The notes under the pieces: model-generated | Seen by the model: only the letters and a program-made list of their open reading frames with translations | Database searches by the model: none | What the model was told of the DNA's origin: nothing | In this document: positions 1 to 9,819 of the stretch, piece by piece | Position numbering within the stretch: the stretch's first letter is position 1 | How the letters are laid out: the number at the start of each line of letters is the position of its first letter | DNA from: Candidatus Woesearchaeota archaeon | GTDB lineage: Archaea > Nanobdellota > Nanobdellia > Woesearchaeales > GW2011-AR9 | Assembly: GCA_945861715.1 (NCBI GenBank) | Contig: CAMAVK010000002.1 | Coordinates: 10,440-74,439 of the forward strand | DNA length: 64,000 bases | Direction of reading: 5' to 3' | Program-made: the position numbers and the translations under genes

Positions 1-15
1 AAGGTTGATAATTGT

Positions 16-675
16 TTAATTTTGTTGGTTTTTTTTTGCTTCTTGCTTCGCTTCTCGTCTTGATTTTATAATTTCATATACTAATGGGATGAATGAGACA
101 AGGATTACTCCTATTACAAAACTGCCAAAGTGATCTTGTACAAATTGAAAGTTGCCAAAGAAGTAACCAATTGGGGTGAATGCACAAACCCATAGAATCC
201 CGCCAATGATGTTATAGAGGAGAAAAGTGGAGTAGTTCATTTTACCAACGCCAGCCATGAATGGAGCGAAGGTCCGCACTATGGGAATGAACCTAGCTAA
301 GATAATGGTTTTTTTACCATGTTTGTGGTAGAATTGTTCTGTTTTTTCGATATGCTTTTGTTTTATCCAATTCTTTGCAATGATTTTTTTCCCTAAATAA
401 CTTCCTATCCAATAATTTGCCGTATCTCCTAATATTGCTGCGACGCTGAGTAAAATGAGTAGGAGGGGGAGATTGAGGATTCCTTGCGCGGCAAATGCAC
501 CAAGCGTAAATAAAAGTGAGTCTCCTGGCAGAAAGGGGGTAAATACGATTCCAGTTTCAGCAAAAATAATGAGGAACATGAGAACGTAGGTACTTGTTCC
601 GTATTGAGCTATTATTGCAGCAAGGTGTACATCAATATGAAGTATGAACTCAAGGAGTGTGGATATGGCGGACAT
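16..675 (-). CDS. DedA/SNARE-associated family inner-membrane protein
   Basis: 219-aa ORF. It has the multi-TM profile and the conserved stretch FAETGIVFTPFLPGDSLLF...ARFIPIVRTFAPFMAG typical of the DedA/PF09335 family. Confidence 0.75.
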   Translation of the reverse strand: MSAISTLLEFILHIDVHLAAIIAQYGTSTYVLMFLIIFAETGIVFTPFLPGDSLLFTLGAFAAQGILNLPLLLILLSVAAILGDTANYWIGSYLGKKIIAKNWIKQKHIEKTEQFYHKHGKKTIILARFIPIVRTFAPFMAGVGKMNYSTFLLYNIIGGILWVCAFTPIGYFFGNFQFVQDHFGSFVIGVILVSFIPLVYEIIKSRREAKQEAKKNQQN

Positions 676-804
676 ATGGTATTTTTAAGGGGTTGTTCTT
701 AATAAATGTAGCGAATATGGAAAAGGTGTTTTTGATTGTAGAAAGATGTTAGTTATTTGCATGTTGTAATGAAAAAATATAAAAAAAAATGGGAACTTAT
801 AGAA

Positions 805-1086
805 TTACGCAGTGTGATCCGTTTCGTCGTCGCCTTCTTCTTCAAGTTCTTGGATTACTTCATCAAACTCTGCTTCAGTCATGATTTTCTTTTTGATTAA
901 GATTTTTACAAGTGCATCAACAAGAAGACTGTTTTCTGAGAGGAGATCTTCGGTGTTCATTTCTTCTTCCTCATGATTGTGATTATTTTGGTTGTTTTGT
1001 GTCATTTTTTGAGCCTCCGGGTTTCGTTTTTGTTGTTTTTGGCGCAAGATATATAAGGCATTCCCTTGCGTTTTTAAGTATGGCAA
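805..1086 (-). CDS. small acidic hypothetical protein (true start may be an internal Met, about 68 aa)
   Basis: ORF with an Asn/Gln/His/Glu-rich N-terminus and an acidic C-terminus (EFDEVIQELEEEGDDE). No recognisable family. It overlaps the start of the next gene by a few nt. Confidence 0.3.
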   Translation of the reverse strand: MPYLKTQGNALYILRQKQQKRNPEAQKMTQNNQNNHNHEEEEMNTEDLLSENSLLVDALVKILIKKKIMTEAEFDEVIQELEEEGDDETDHTA

Positions 1087-1907
1087 AATTGAGGTCTGGG
1101 GTCAGTTCTGTTGTTTCTTCGGTTGCAGCGTATGATGTTCCTCATTATTATGAGCTTGCACTTTGGCATGGAGCGGATTTGGATAAGATTATTTCTTTTC
1201 TTTTGGATGTTCTGAAGGTTCATGGTCGAGTTCAACGGGGAGGTACTGGACGTGTTTTGGAGCTTGCGTGTGGCAATTCGGCTCTTGCATCTGGGTTTAT
1301 GAAACGTGGCTTTCAATTTGTTGGACTGGACTTAAATGAGAAGATGTTGGAGCTTTCTTTGTTGCGGACACGTGAAGCGGGTCACGAGATTGAAGTTCAT
1401 CATAAGGATATGAAGAGTTTTATTATTGAGAAGAAGTGTGATTTGGCGTTTGTGATGTTTAATTCGGTGTATCGGGAGTCAAATGATGAATTTGTTGCGC
1501 ATTTGAAGTGTGTGAGTTCTTCTCTTGTACCTGGTGGATTGTATGTGTTACATATGGTTGTAGAAGGTACGCATGATGATGTGTATACAACGAAGAATTT
1601 TAAATGGAAGGTGAAATCTGGTCCGGTTTCCATTAAGGCTGAGTTTCATCGAGATGTTTTAGATTATGTTGCTCAATTGCGTCGTGAGACATTGCAACTT
1701 CGGGTTGTTGATAAGTTGAAGTCTTCTGATGAGGTGATCTTTACTGAGTCGTCGGTTGATAAGGTCATTTATCCGCAGGAGTTTTTGATGTTGCTTGGTT
1801 CCACTGATTTTGAATTCGTTGGTTGGTTTAATGGGTTTGACTTGTTGGCTACATTGGATTCCACTGTAGGGACAGATTATCTGGTTGCGGTGATTCGGAA
1901 GAAGTAG
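1080..1907 (+). CDS. class I SAM-dependent methyltransferase
   Basis: Motif I VLELACGNSALASGF and the following acidic beta2 (VGLDLNEKM) match Methyltransf_11/25-type enzymes. Start reset to the internal ATG at 1080 (MAKLRSG). The upstream part of the six-frame ORF overlaps the opposite-strand gene and is Cys/Phe-rich junk. Confidence 0.7.
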   Translation: MAKLRSGVSSVVSSVAAYDVPHYYELALWHGADLDKIISFLLDVLKVHGRVQRGGTGRVLELACGNSALASGFMKRGFQFVGLDLNEKMLELSLLRTREAGHEIEVHHKDMKSFIIEKKCDLAFVMFNSVYRESNDEFVAHLKCVSSSLVPGGLYVLHMVVEGTHDDVYTTKNFKWKVKSGPVSIKAEFHRDVLDYVAQLRRETLQLRVVDKLKSSDEVIFTESSVDKVIYPQEFLMLLGSTDFEFVGWFNGFDLLATLDSTVGTDYLVAVIRKK

Positions 1908-1975
1908 GTTTTTTGTCACCTCTTTTTTTATAATTTTTAAATTTTTATGGACGACAAACCTTTATAACTGGCATT

Positions 1976-3121
1976 GTGTTTTTTAGAGTTATGACATTAA
2001 ACCTTATTGATAAAAATGTGATTCAAACATGCAAATTTTTACTGGATGCGTTGTATTTGAAACATAAACAGTTGTATGTGGATTTGTTTTTTTATGAGAA
2101 AGATGTTCTGTTTGGTGACTTTTCGCTTGAGCCGCTTGTTTTGGTTGGTATATTGCAGAGGCAGAAAAATAACAAATTGCGTGCACAGGTACAAGTTTTT
2201 CCAATGTCAGGGAAATTTATTTGTACCGATTTTAATTATTCCTTGCATCGAAAGCGAGGTAAAACCTTCTTGACACAAAAAGATGGGGTATGGGGCATTT
2301 TACCTGAAGAGACTCCTGTTATGGCGAAGAAAGTGGTTGTTCATAGAGGTGATATTGTTTTGGATTTGGCCACTGGTTCTGGCATGATTGCTATTTTTTG
2401 TGCAGATAGAGCCCAGAGAGTTATTGCGACCGATATTAATCCTAAAGCAATTCATTATGCTCGCTTTAATGCTATTTTGAATGGAGTGGATGATAAAATT
2501 GATTTTAGGGTGGGTGACTTGTTTTCTGCTGTTAAGGGGGAGAAATTTGATTTAATTGTGTGGAATGGTCCTACTGTGGCTGTTCCTGAGACATCTGGTA
2601 AGTATCCTATTTATTCAGATGGAGGAATAGATGGGATATCATTTACTCGTCGGTTTGTTGATTCTGCATTGGATTATCTTACGCCCACGGGGAGGTTGCA
2701 ATGGTATGATTGTGCTGTTGGAACCGAGAAAATGCCTGTGTCGATGGAATATTTGCAATCTCAATGGAATAGTAAGGGATTACGAGTTCTATATCATTCG
2801 CTTACCAGTGATGCTGTATCACTTACAAAATCGTTTGCAATTTATGAAAAATATAATCTTAATCAACCCTCCTTTAAAACGCCTTTATCATGTCAGGCCG
2901 TTACCAAAAAAGAGGAAGAAAAGTGGCATGTGTGGTTGACCTCGAGTGGATATACTCATTTTTATTATGCTTTTGTGGAAGTGCGTCCTGCGACAAAATT
3001 TAGTCTTACTTTTCAGTTTCCAGATAAGGATGTTCGATCAGACCGTTACTTGACTCGTTTTTGGTTATGGATGAGCTATGCACGAATTTATCGGATGTTG
3101 AAGTGGTGTGAGAAGTTGTGA
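1976..3121 (+). CDS. SAM-dependent methyltransferase, HemK/RsmC-like fold with an N-terminal extension
   Basis: VVVHRGDIVLDLATGSGMIAIFCA (motif I), RVIATDINPKAI (motif II/III) and DLIVWNGP in place of the (N/D)PPY motif IV. About 110 aa of unassigned sequence precede the MTase core. Confidence 0.55.
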   Translation: MFFRVMTLNLIDKNVIQTCKFLLDALYLKHKQLYVDLFFYEKDVLFGDFSLEPLVLVGILQRQKNNKLRAQVQVFPMSGKFICTDFNYSLHRKRGKTFLTQKDGVWGILPEETPVMAKKVVVHRGDIVLDLATGSGMIAIFCADRAQRVIATDINPKAIHYARFNAILNGVDDKIDFRVGDLFSAVKGEKFDLIVWNGPTVAVPETSGKYPIYSDGGIDGISFTRRFVDSALDYLTPTGRLQWYDCAVGTEKMPVSMEYLQSQWNSKGLRVLYHSLTSDAVSLTKSFAIYEKYNLNQPSFKTPLSCQAVTKKEEEKWHVWLTSSGYTHFYYAFVEVRPATKFSLTFQFPDKDVRSDRYLTRFWLWMSYARIYRMLKWCEKL

Positions 3122-3134
3122 TTTTTGTGAATGG

Positions 3135-4250
3135 TTAAAAGTAATCATCACAATAATCATCTTGAGGGTCAAATATCTTTTTCCAGTGTGTCAAATCGGG
3201 TATTTCTTTGTATTTGAATTGTTGTATAAATTGGTCTCCAAATTTGTTAATTGTATTTTCAATTTCAATTGGTGGTTTCCAATTGTCTCCCATATATTCT
3301 CTTATCTTTTTGAATAGGTAATAACTTATTTCTGCACCTTTTCGTACTTTGTCTAAGTCTGACAATCCATTTATTTGTTTGGTTTGAGATGATGCGATGT
3401 TTCTAAACAGTTCAATTAGTTCTTCTATTTTGATAGCTGTAATTTCTTGGTCATCGAGAAATACTTTGTATGCGATTAATTTGTCACCGATTGATTCAGA
3501 TGTGATTATGTGATTTACAAAGTTTATTTTGATGTCGCTGTTTTTGTAGATTGCATATATTCTCATTTTCTGGTAGGGTATTTTTAATTCCGGCCATAAT
3601 TCAATTGGATTGAGGTTATGATACTCTCGTATGATCATGATTGCTCCTTCACCAAAGTTTTTACTTACATCATATGGGCCGTGAAAATAGAATCCCCCTG
3701 TCATATAATCATCGTAATAGAGGGTATAACAAAGGTTATTGGATGATATAGTTAATGATGCGATGCTTTTCTGTTCTTCTTTTGAGTTTGGTATATTCCA
3801 TGTGATACTTTTTATGATTTCATGTATTTCATAATTGTGAAGAATTAGGTTTTTTCCATCCAGGCAGAATATGTTGTTCTTTACTTTGTACTTGAGTATT
3901 TCAAATAGTAATAGTGCAAATTGTATTCGTTCTTCTGTGCTGATGTTTGTGATTTCATATTTTTTTGCTACTTTTAGACCGATGATGGCGTTATGTTGTA
4001 GGAATATTCTGATGATGTCAGCAGGGGGCATTAGATTTGCAATTTCTTTTATAGTCAGAGTTTCCTTTAATTTATTTAGACGGTAATACATGTCTAATGA
4101 TTCGTCAACATCGAAGTAGGAATCCATTTGACCGCCGTTTAGTGGCCATGATGTTTTTGGATTCATCCCGCTAAATCCCTCACCTATTGCTCGGATAAAT
4201 TCATCAATTATTTTATCTTGTTCATGAACGGAAGTTTCTGTATGGGTCAT
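3135..4250 (-). CDS. hypothetical protein (371 aa)
   Basis: Long uninterrupted ORF with coding-like composition, no recognisable motifs, and a soluble-protein profile. Confidence 0.5.
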   Translation of the reverse strand: MTHTETSVHEQDKIIDEFIRAIGEGFSGMNPKTSWPLNGGQMDSYFDVDESLDMYYRLNKLKETLTIKEIANLMPPADIIRIFLQHNAIIGLKVAKKYEITNISTEERIQFALLLFEILKYKVKNNIFCLDGKNLILHNYEIHEIIKSITWNIPNSKEEQKSIASLTISSNNLCYTLYYDDYMTGGFYFHGPYDVSKNFGEGAIMIIREYHNLNPIELWPELKIPYQKMRIYAIYKNSDIKINFVNHIITSESIGDKLIAYKVFLDDQEITAIKIEELIELFRNIASSQTKQINGLSDLDKVRKGAEISYYLFKKIREYMGDNWKPPIEIENTINKFGDQFIQQFKYKEIPDLTHWKKIFDPQDDYCDDYF

Positions 4251-4477
4251 GTTGTTTTTAGTCTTAAGTTTTTATTCCTTCATTTTTGGGATGACCCAGT
4301 AGGCAACGATTGCTGCGAGGGCCATTGTAATCCAGAATGCTAGTGTACTTATTTTATGAAGAAAAAAAAGAATAAAGGTCGCTATAGTTAAGATGGCCAA
4401 TACGAGTCCTAGGATTTTGAGGGGTAGTGGTTTCATCTGTATGCAGTTTTTGTTTTTGTTACTGTTTTGGTTCCGTC

Positions 4478-5761
4478 TTATTTTAGTTCTTTTATAAGTT
4501 CAGCTACTGTTAAGAGTTCTTCAGAGCCACTGATCATATTACGAAGTTTTATTTTTTTGGCTTTAAGTTCGTCTTCTCCGACTATTGCAACAAAGGGTAT
4601 GTTTAATGATGCGGCATATTCAAGATTTTTACTTATGCCTTTTTTACCCATTGCGATTTCGCTTGGAATTCCTTGCCTTCTGAGTTGTTCTGTAATAGCA
4701 AGACAATCACTAATTGTGTTGATGGGGATGACGAGTATTTTTGTTGTTGATTTTAACGTGCCTTCGTCTCTGTTTGTGAGCACGTCCATAATAGGCTCAA
4801 GTCCAAAGGAGATCCCAACAGCAGGTACATTTCTTCCACCGCCTATAAATTTTCCAACCATATCATCGTATCTTCCTCCACCCGCAAGAGAGCCTTTTGG
4901 TTCTTTTTCTGCTGGATTTTTGAGATATGCTTCCATGACAGTTCCGGTGTAGTATGCTTGGCCACGTGCAAGAGAAACGTCGAATTTATAGTTAGTGATT
5001 CCTTGCGCTTTAAGATAAGTGAAGAGTTCTTCAAGTTCGGAGATACCTTCTTTACCTTTTTCAGAGGTGATTTTTTCTTTAAGTTCTGATAAGGAAATTC
5101 CATCACGAATAAGTTCAAAGATTCCATCACATTGTTTTTGAGTGTAGCCGCGCGTTAGAAGTTCTTCTCGCACTCCTTTTTCGAATATTTTGTCAAGTTT
5201 GTCAATCGAAATGATTGCTTCTTTTGTTTCTTTGATTCCTGCTTGCTCGAGGATGCCATCTAAGAGTTTGCGGTTGTTTATTTTGAAATAGACATCAAGG
5301 TTAGCTTGCGTAAAGAATGCATTTGCCATTGTTGCGATTTCAGCATCAGCTAACATGGAATTAGTCCCAACGGTGTCAATGTCACATTGCCAAAGTTCAC
5401 GATATCGTCCTAGTTTTATTGGTCCATCACGAAATACTTCACCCATTTCATAGCGTTTGAATGGGAGTTTGGTATTTGGGTTGCATGATAGATATCTTGC
5501 TAATGAAGTGGTTAGTTCAAATCGTAAAGCAAGGTTTCGTTTTCCTTGGTCTTGGAATTTGAATGTTTCTTTTAGACAATCACTGTCTTCTTCTGCTCCC
5601 CCTTTGGCTGCGAGGGTTTCGTAACGTTCAATAATGGGTGTTTCGAGGGGGAGAAATCCGTAGAGTTCAAAAACGTCTCGCATAATGGTCAACACTTTGT
5701 TTTTGATAATCATTTGAGATGGTTCGACATCTCGTACGCCTTTTGCTAGTTGCATTGTCAT
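4478..5761 (-). CDS. hisS: histidine--tRNA ligase
   Basis: 427 aa with class II aaRS motifs: LRFELTTSLARY (motif 1/2 region), GGGRYD (motif 3 region) and a C-terminal anticodon-binding domain (ILVIPINT...AIVGEDEL). Confidence 0.9.
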   Translation of the reverse strand: MTMQLAKGVRDVEPSQMIIKNKVLTIMRDVFELYGFLPLETPIIERYETLAAKGGAEEDSDCLKETFKFQDQGKRNLALRFELTTSLARYLSCNPNTKLPFKRYEMGEVFRDGPIKLGRYRELWQCDIDTVGTNSMLADAEIATMANAFFTQANLDVYFKINNRKLLDGILEQAGIKETKEAIISIDKLDKIFEKGVREELLTRGYTQKQCDGIFELIRDGISLSELKEKITSEKGKEGISELEELFTYLKAQGITNYKFDVSLARGQAYYTGTVMEAYLKNPAEKEPKGSLAGGGRYDDMVGKFIGGGRNVPAVGISFGLEPIMDVLTNRDEGTLKSTTKILVIPINTISDCLAITEQLRRQGIPSEIAMGKKGISKNLEYAASLNIPFVAIVGEDELKAKKIKLRNMISGSEELLTVAELIKELK

Positions 5762-5848
5762 TGTATTTACCTCGTTTGTTTTCGTGTTTTTATATGTTAT
5801 TGTTTGGTTTTTTTGTTGTTATTAGTGGGTTTGTGTTTATTGAGGGGT

Positions 5849-6427
5849 TTAGGAGTATTTTTCTAGATACTTTGATCCTAACTTTATTGCAAGGTTGATT
5901 GCTTCTTCGGGAGTCTTTACACCATGTGCGATTTGCCTGGATCTTGCATCGAGATACTTGTTTGCAAGTTGATCTGCCCAACCTCCTGTTCCTTCTATAA
6001 CAATAATGGGGATGTCACTTTGGTACGCAACAGCGATTTCGTTTAAGGTTCCAGAACCTCCACTTACAGCGATTAATACATCGCAACTTAAGGCGAGGAC
6101 GTATTCTCGTCCACCTCCTCGGTCGAGACCGCAGCTGATGATGATGTCGGCGTCTTTTTGGAATACTTTTTTGTCTTTGTTGTAGGTTACTCCTACGGTT
6201 AGGCCTCCTTGTTGTTTGGCTCCTCGACATGCAGCAGTGGACAGTGAGTCACAATCTTTTTCTGCACCGAAGACAAGGATGTTGTTGCTACGTGCTATTA
6301 GTTCGCCGAGTTTTTCTGCTATTGCTTCTAACTCCTTGGTGTATTTGAGGTCCGCTGCGGATCCCATTACTCCTATTTGCAATTTTCTTTGAATTTTTTG
6401 TTGTTGTATGGTATTTGATTGTGTCAT
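5849..6427 (-). CDS. LOG/TIGR00725-family Rossmann-fold protein (lysine-decarboxylase-like)
   Basis: VMGSAAD...ILVFGA...GGGREYVLALSCDVLIAVSGGSGTLNEIAVA matches the conserved GGxGxxxE and PGGxGTxxE-like core of LOG/YvdD/TIGR00725 proteins. Confidence 0.75.
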   Translation of the reverse strand: MTQSNTIQQQKIQRKLQIGVMGSAADLKYTKELEAIAEKLGELIARSNNILVFGAEKDCDSLSTAACRGAKQQGGLTVGVTYNKDKKVFQKDADIIISCGLDRGGGREYVLALSCDVLIAVSGGSGTLNEIAVAYQSDIPIIVIEGTGGWADQLANKYLDARSRQIAHGVKTPEEAINLAIKLGSKYLEKYS

Positions 6428-6428
6428 T

Positions 6429-7238
6429 TTATTTTTCTCCGTTGTATGGTACTTGCGTTCCTATTGTGCTTGCGTTAAATCCATTATTGATTAATTTCTG
6501 CACAAGTAGGTGGTAATATTGTTTGCATAGTTGTGAGACTGGCTCGATGTTCTTTTGAGGTATACTTGCCCAATTGCCTAGGTTTTCCCAGTAGGGGATG
6601 TAGGTTTTTTCTTTTGTTTTTGATTCTACTTGACGTCCGTCGATTCCAAATAAATCTCGTAGTTCGATCCATTCGTAGAAGTTGTAGGTTTGTATCGGAG
6701 TGCACGGTGTTATTTGTTTTATTTTATTGGTTGCTTCTTGCGTGGAAAATCCAAGATAGATTTCTTTTATTACTATTTTTTCTTGTGAGAGCTTGCTCAC
6801 GATTTCTAGAATAGTGTCTCCTCCAAACGCTCCAACATCAGCTAGTATAATCTTTTCGTATTGTGATGCTATCTTTGATATTTGGCACTCTAACGGAGGT
6901 GTATTTGGTCTTGGTGCAAGTGTTATTATACCTGTTTTGGGGTTTGTTTGTCTGGTTACTTCGAGGTAGGCATTTGCGTTTGTGATGTATACTCGATCAA
7001 GACTGATCACAGGCAGATTGTTGCGTTTTGTTAGATATTCTAGAGTTGTTGAGATGTCTTGACAGTTTACTGATACTTGATTTATATCTTGAGGGATATA
7101 GGGCCAGAATTTGGTTAGAAATTCATCTTCTAGTATTTTTATTTCAGTCTTTATTTTTTGGTCTAAGCTGAAATCTAGCTTTCGTTCAAGTGTTTCTGCT
7201 ATATCTTTACTGATTAAGTATGTGCCGACACTCAGCAC
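6429..7238 (-). CDS. hypothetical protein (269 aa), co-directional with and immediately upstream of the LOG-like gene
   Basis: ORF abuts the LOG-like gene at 6427/6429. It contains the stretch IILADVGAFGGDTILE, weakly reminiscent of a PRPP-binding loop. No confident family assignment. Confidence 0.45.
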   Translation of the reverse strand: MLSVGTYLISKDIAETLERKLDFSLDQKIKTEIKILEDEFLTKFWPYIPQDINQVSVNCQDISTTLEYLTKRNNLPVISLDRVYITNANAYLEVTRQTNPKTGIITLAPRPNTPPLECQISKIASQYEKIILADVGAFGGDTILEIVSKLSQEKIVIKEIYLGFSTQEATNKIKQITPCTPIQTYNFYEWIELRDLFGIDGRQVESKTKEKTYIPYWENLGNWASIPQKNIEPVSQLCKQYYHLLVQKLINNGFNASTIGTQVPYNGEK

Positions 7239-7382
7239 TTTTTTGTGCCTTAGCCTCAGTTGGTACCATTGTACTTGATTTGTTCAGTTCGTTTTTTTGT
7301 TTCATTTTATTTTTCTCCTTGTTGTATTTTTTTTGTTGTGTTGGTGTAATGTTTTCTTCTCTGTTTTATCTCTTTGAGATAG

Positions 7383-7481
7383 GCCTGCCACCGGGGATTG
7401 AACCCGGACCGGAAGATGTCTGTTTCTTTTGTTGTACATTTATTTGGAAACCACAGTCTACCGTGCTACCATTACGCACAA
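7383..7481 (-). tRNA. atypical tRNA-like gene (His-like GTG anticodon, probable intron); the 5' acceptor strand is not complementary
   Basis: Read on the minus strand there is a clean D-arm (GTGC-GTAATGGTA-GCAC), an anticodon-stem 5' half GTAGA followed by CTGTGG, a roughly 33-nt insertion, then A-TCTTC. The T-arm is perfect (CCGGG-TTCAATC-CCCGG), followed by a 3' acceptor TGGCAGG and discriminator C. No CCTGCCA partner is present upstream. Confidence 0.4.
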
Positions 7482-7862
7482 AGTGATCGATGTCACTTTG
7501 GCGCACCGGAAAAATCGTTGTTTTTCTGATTGCACTATGGCAAGCATTGTTGAGAAATATTGTTTATGCTAAGGGCGCAGTGGCCTATAGATGATGAATT
7601 TTATTTGCTGTGTTGCTTGCTATTTGAGCATTATTTATTTGGTTTAAGAAATAGGTTTTAGAGTTTACTTGTTGCTTTATGTTTACTTTTTGAGAACTTG
7701 ATGAAATAAAAGGGGAGTAGTTTCTTAACAGATTAACTCTAACAATGACGATACTCAACTCCGGTTTGTGTTTTCATAAGTATCTTTAATTGGGTGTTTT
7801 ATTTAAAGGTTTGGGATGTTTTTGTTTATTTTTTTTTGATGATGTTCTTTTTTTGATGAATC

Positions 7863-7893
<31 letters not shown>

Positions 7894-7909
7894 TATCGTT
7901 TATATTTTT

Positions 7910-8242
7910 TTAATAGAGTAATTCTATTAGTTGGTAGGTGTTATCTCGGTTTGCACAGTAGGTTGTTCTTTGTGTGTTGCTGTCGGAACCAAATGTTGCT
8001 GAAGTATCAAATGATTCTGCAATTTGATTTAATTTCCCCACTAATTGAGTTTGTGAAGTGCATCGATATAATTGAACATCCATGCTGGCTAAATCGCGCA
8101 AGAAATCTCTTGCTGGTATTTTTGGTATAAGGCGTGCTTCATCGGAACTAGGTGATTCGGTTCCGTGGCATTGGTGTTTTCGAAAATCGGTGATGTTAAT
8201 GCCCGCTATTGTTTCTATATTTGAGCTTGTTTGTGGTATCAT
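7910..8242 (-). CDS. hypothetical protein (110 aa)
   Basis: ORF only, no motifs. Lies in the orphan-rich stretch between the two tRNA-His-like loci. Confidence 0.3.
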   Translation of the reverse strand: MIPQTSSNIETIAGINITDFRKHQCHGTESPSSDEARLIPKIPARDFLRDLASMDVQLYRCTSQTQLVGKLNQIAESFDTSATFGSDSNTQRTTYCANRDNTYQLIELLY

Positions 8243-8352
8243 ATTTTAATCATTTTAGATTGAAAATGGGCCGCTTATAAAGATTTCTTCCCATTTAATT
8301 ACACTATTCTTGTTGCAGATGTTTTTTTAAATAAAATCAGTTTCAGAATTGT

Positions 8353-8925
8353 ATGAGAATTATTCAAGGTTGTGAATTGCGTGGGTTTCTTCATGCATCG
8401 AAACAGGCAAAACAGAGTTTGTTGTATATCTCGAAACGATTAGATAAAGCTCCTACAACGGAACGAGCATGGGCTCTGCATCAATATGATTGTTTGGGTC
8501 GCTATTATGGTAATGTTGGGGATAGGGTATTATCTAAGGTTAACGATGATATGAAACTTGGTGGTCATGTGGCGTCCGAATATGATAAGGCTCTTGTTGA
8601 GCGAAATAATTTGCTTGTGAAGGCATGTGAGAATAGGCTGGGGTTAGGAATAACCTATGGTTGGTTTTTTCGGGATATTATTTCTGAGCGCAGAAAATGG
8701 ATGGAAGAAGACTTGCTTTGTTCTTTGCCATTATTTAAATCGAGAGAATTTTATATTCAAGGTACGACATCAAGTCTTTCTGAGATGCTGGCAACGGTTG
8801 CTCTTGGACCTGCGATGATTGAGGTTGCTGAAGAAATGTTGGATTATGGAATAGGGCTTGGTCTTAAACAGGATCACAATTTAATTGTATATGCTTATGA
8901 ACAAATCAAGAGAATATCAAAATAA
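8353..8925 (+). CDS. hypothetical protein (190 aa)
   Basis: ORF with coding-like composition and no recognisable family. Confidence 0.4.
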   Translation: MRIIQGCELRGFLHASKQAKQSLLYISKRLDKAPTTERAWALHQYDCLGRYYGNVGDRVLSKVNDDMKLGGHVASEYDKALVERNNLLVKACENRLGLGITYGWFFRDIISERRKWMEEDLLCSLPLFKSREFYIQGTTSSLSEMLATVALGPAMIEVAEEMLDYGIGLGLKQDHNLIVYAYEQIKRISK

Positions 8926-9168
8926 ATATGTTTAATATTGGTTTTAGAAATATGTTATACCTTATGGTTTGATATACCATACCATTGCGGGGGTGTGGTT
9001 ATCATAAAATTCTGGGAATCTTGCAATTAATGTAAACCCAAGTAAATTTGCAATTAACTCTTGGTGGCTGTCTTCTGGGTGGGTTGCAAGTATTCCTACT
9101 TTTTTTTCTCTTGCTAGATCTATTGTTCGTTGCATGAGGGCTGTATGGGTTAGTTGTTTATACTTTTC

Positions 9169-9546
9169 TTAACAACCGCTGAGTGGACTTGCTAGTTCAA
9201 TTAGATCGTTTGGATTTGGGTAAGAGAGATTTCTAGCATGGAAATATTGGTGGAGGCTGTTTTGTGGATTTGGAGTTGATTTGGTAGGGTCTTGTTGGTA
9301 CCATTCAGATGATTCGCCAACTGTTGCAAAAATAGTTGCTGCTGCGAGGTGGTTTTCTCTTGAAAAAATGAAACCTTCTAGTTTAAATTTTTTCCATCCT
9401 TCTTGTTCGGTTGAATTAAATTCTTCTTCTGTTTGACAGTTTCTATATATTGCAAAGTCTTCATAACATAATTCTAGTACGCTTGATAGGTCTCTAGTGG
9501 ACTCAAATGGTGAGACTCCGTTCTTTCGTTGGAATATTTCTGACAT
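9169..9546 (-). CDS. hypothetical protein (125 aa)
   Basis: ORF only. Confidence 0.35.
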   Translation of the reverse strand: MSEIFQRKNGVSPFESTRDLSSVLELCYEDFAIYRNCQTEEEFNSTEQEGWKKFKLEGFIFSRENHLAAATIFATVGESSEWYQQDPTKSTPNPQNSLHQYFHARNLSYPNPNDLIELASPLSGC

Positions 9547-9657
9547 GCTATATTCCTATTACTTTGTGTTTATAATCATTTCTGTAATCCCAAAAATTAG
9601 TTATGGCTGTTGTCGTTGTTATTTTTGTTTTAGAAAAAATCAAATTTGATGAAATGG

Positions 9658-9730
9658 GGCGGCCACTGGGAATTGAACCCAAATCTAGGGATCCACAGTC
9701 CCCAATACTAACCATTATACGATGGCCGCC
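9658..9730 (-). tRNA. tRNA-His (GTG) with genome-encoded G-1
   Basis: The minus-strand read is G-GCGGCCA...GGGGA-CTGTGGA-TCCCT...TTGGG-TTCAATT-CCCAG-TGGCCGC-C. The anticodon loop CUGUGGA is the classic His loop. The 7-bp acceptor pairs perfectly, and an extra 5' G lies opposite the discriminator C73, as expected for archaeal tRNA-His. Confidence 0.8.
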
Positions 9731-9819
9731 AATATTATGGGTAAAGTCAGGGTTGTTTTAAAAATGTTTTTGCAATTCGTATGACAGTTATGCTTTTTGA
9801 TGCAGGTTGTCTTTCTAAT

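Noticed and set aside
912-1079. N-terminal 56 codons of the six-frame ORF for the first methyltransferase
   Set aside because: Overlaps the opposite-strand gene and reads as low-complexity Cys/Phe-rich sequence. The internal ATG at 1080 gives a normal MTase N-terminus.
7220-7486. 88-aa plus-strand ORF
   Set aside because: Overlaps the tRNA-like locus and an AT-rich spacer. Cys/Phe-rich junk translation with no upstream signals.
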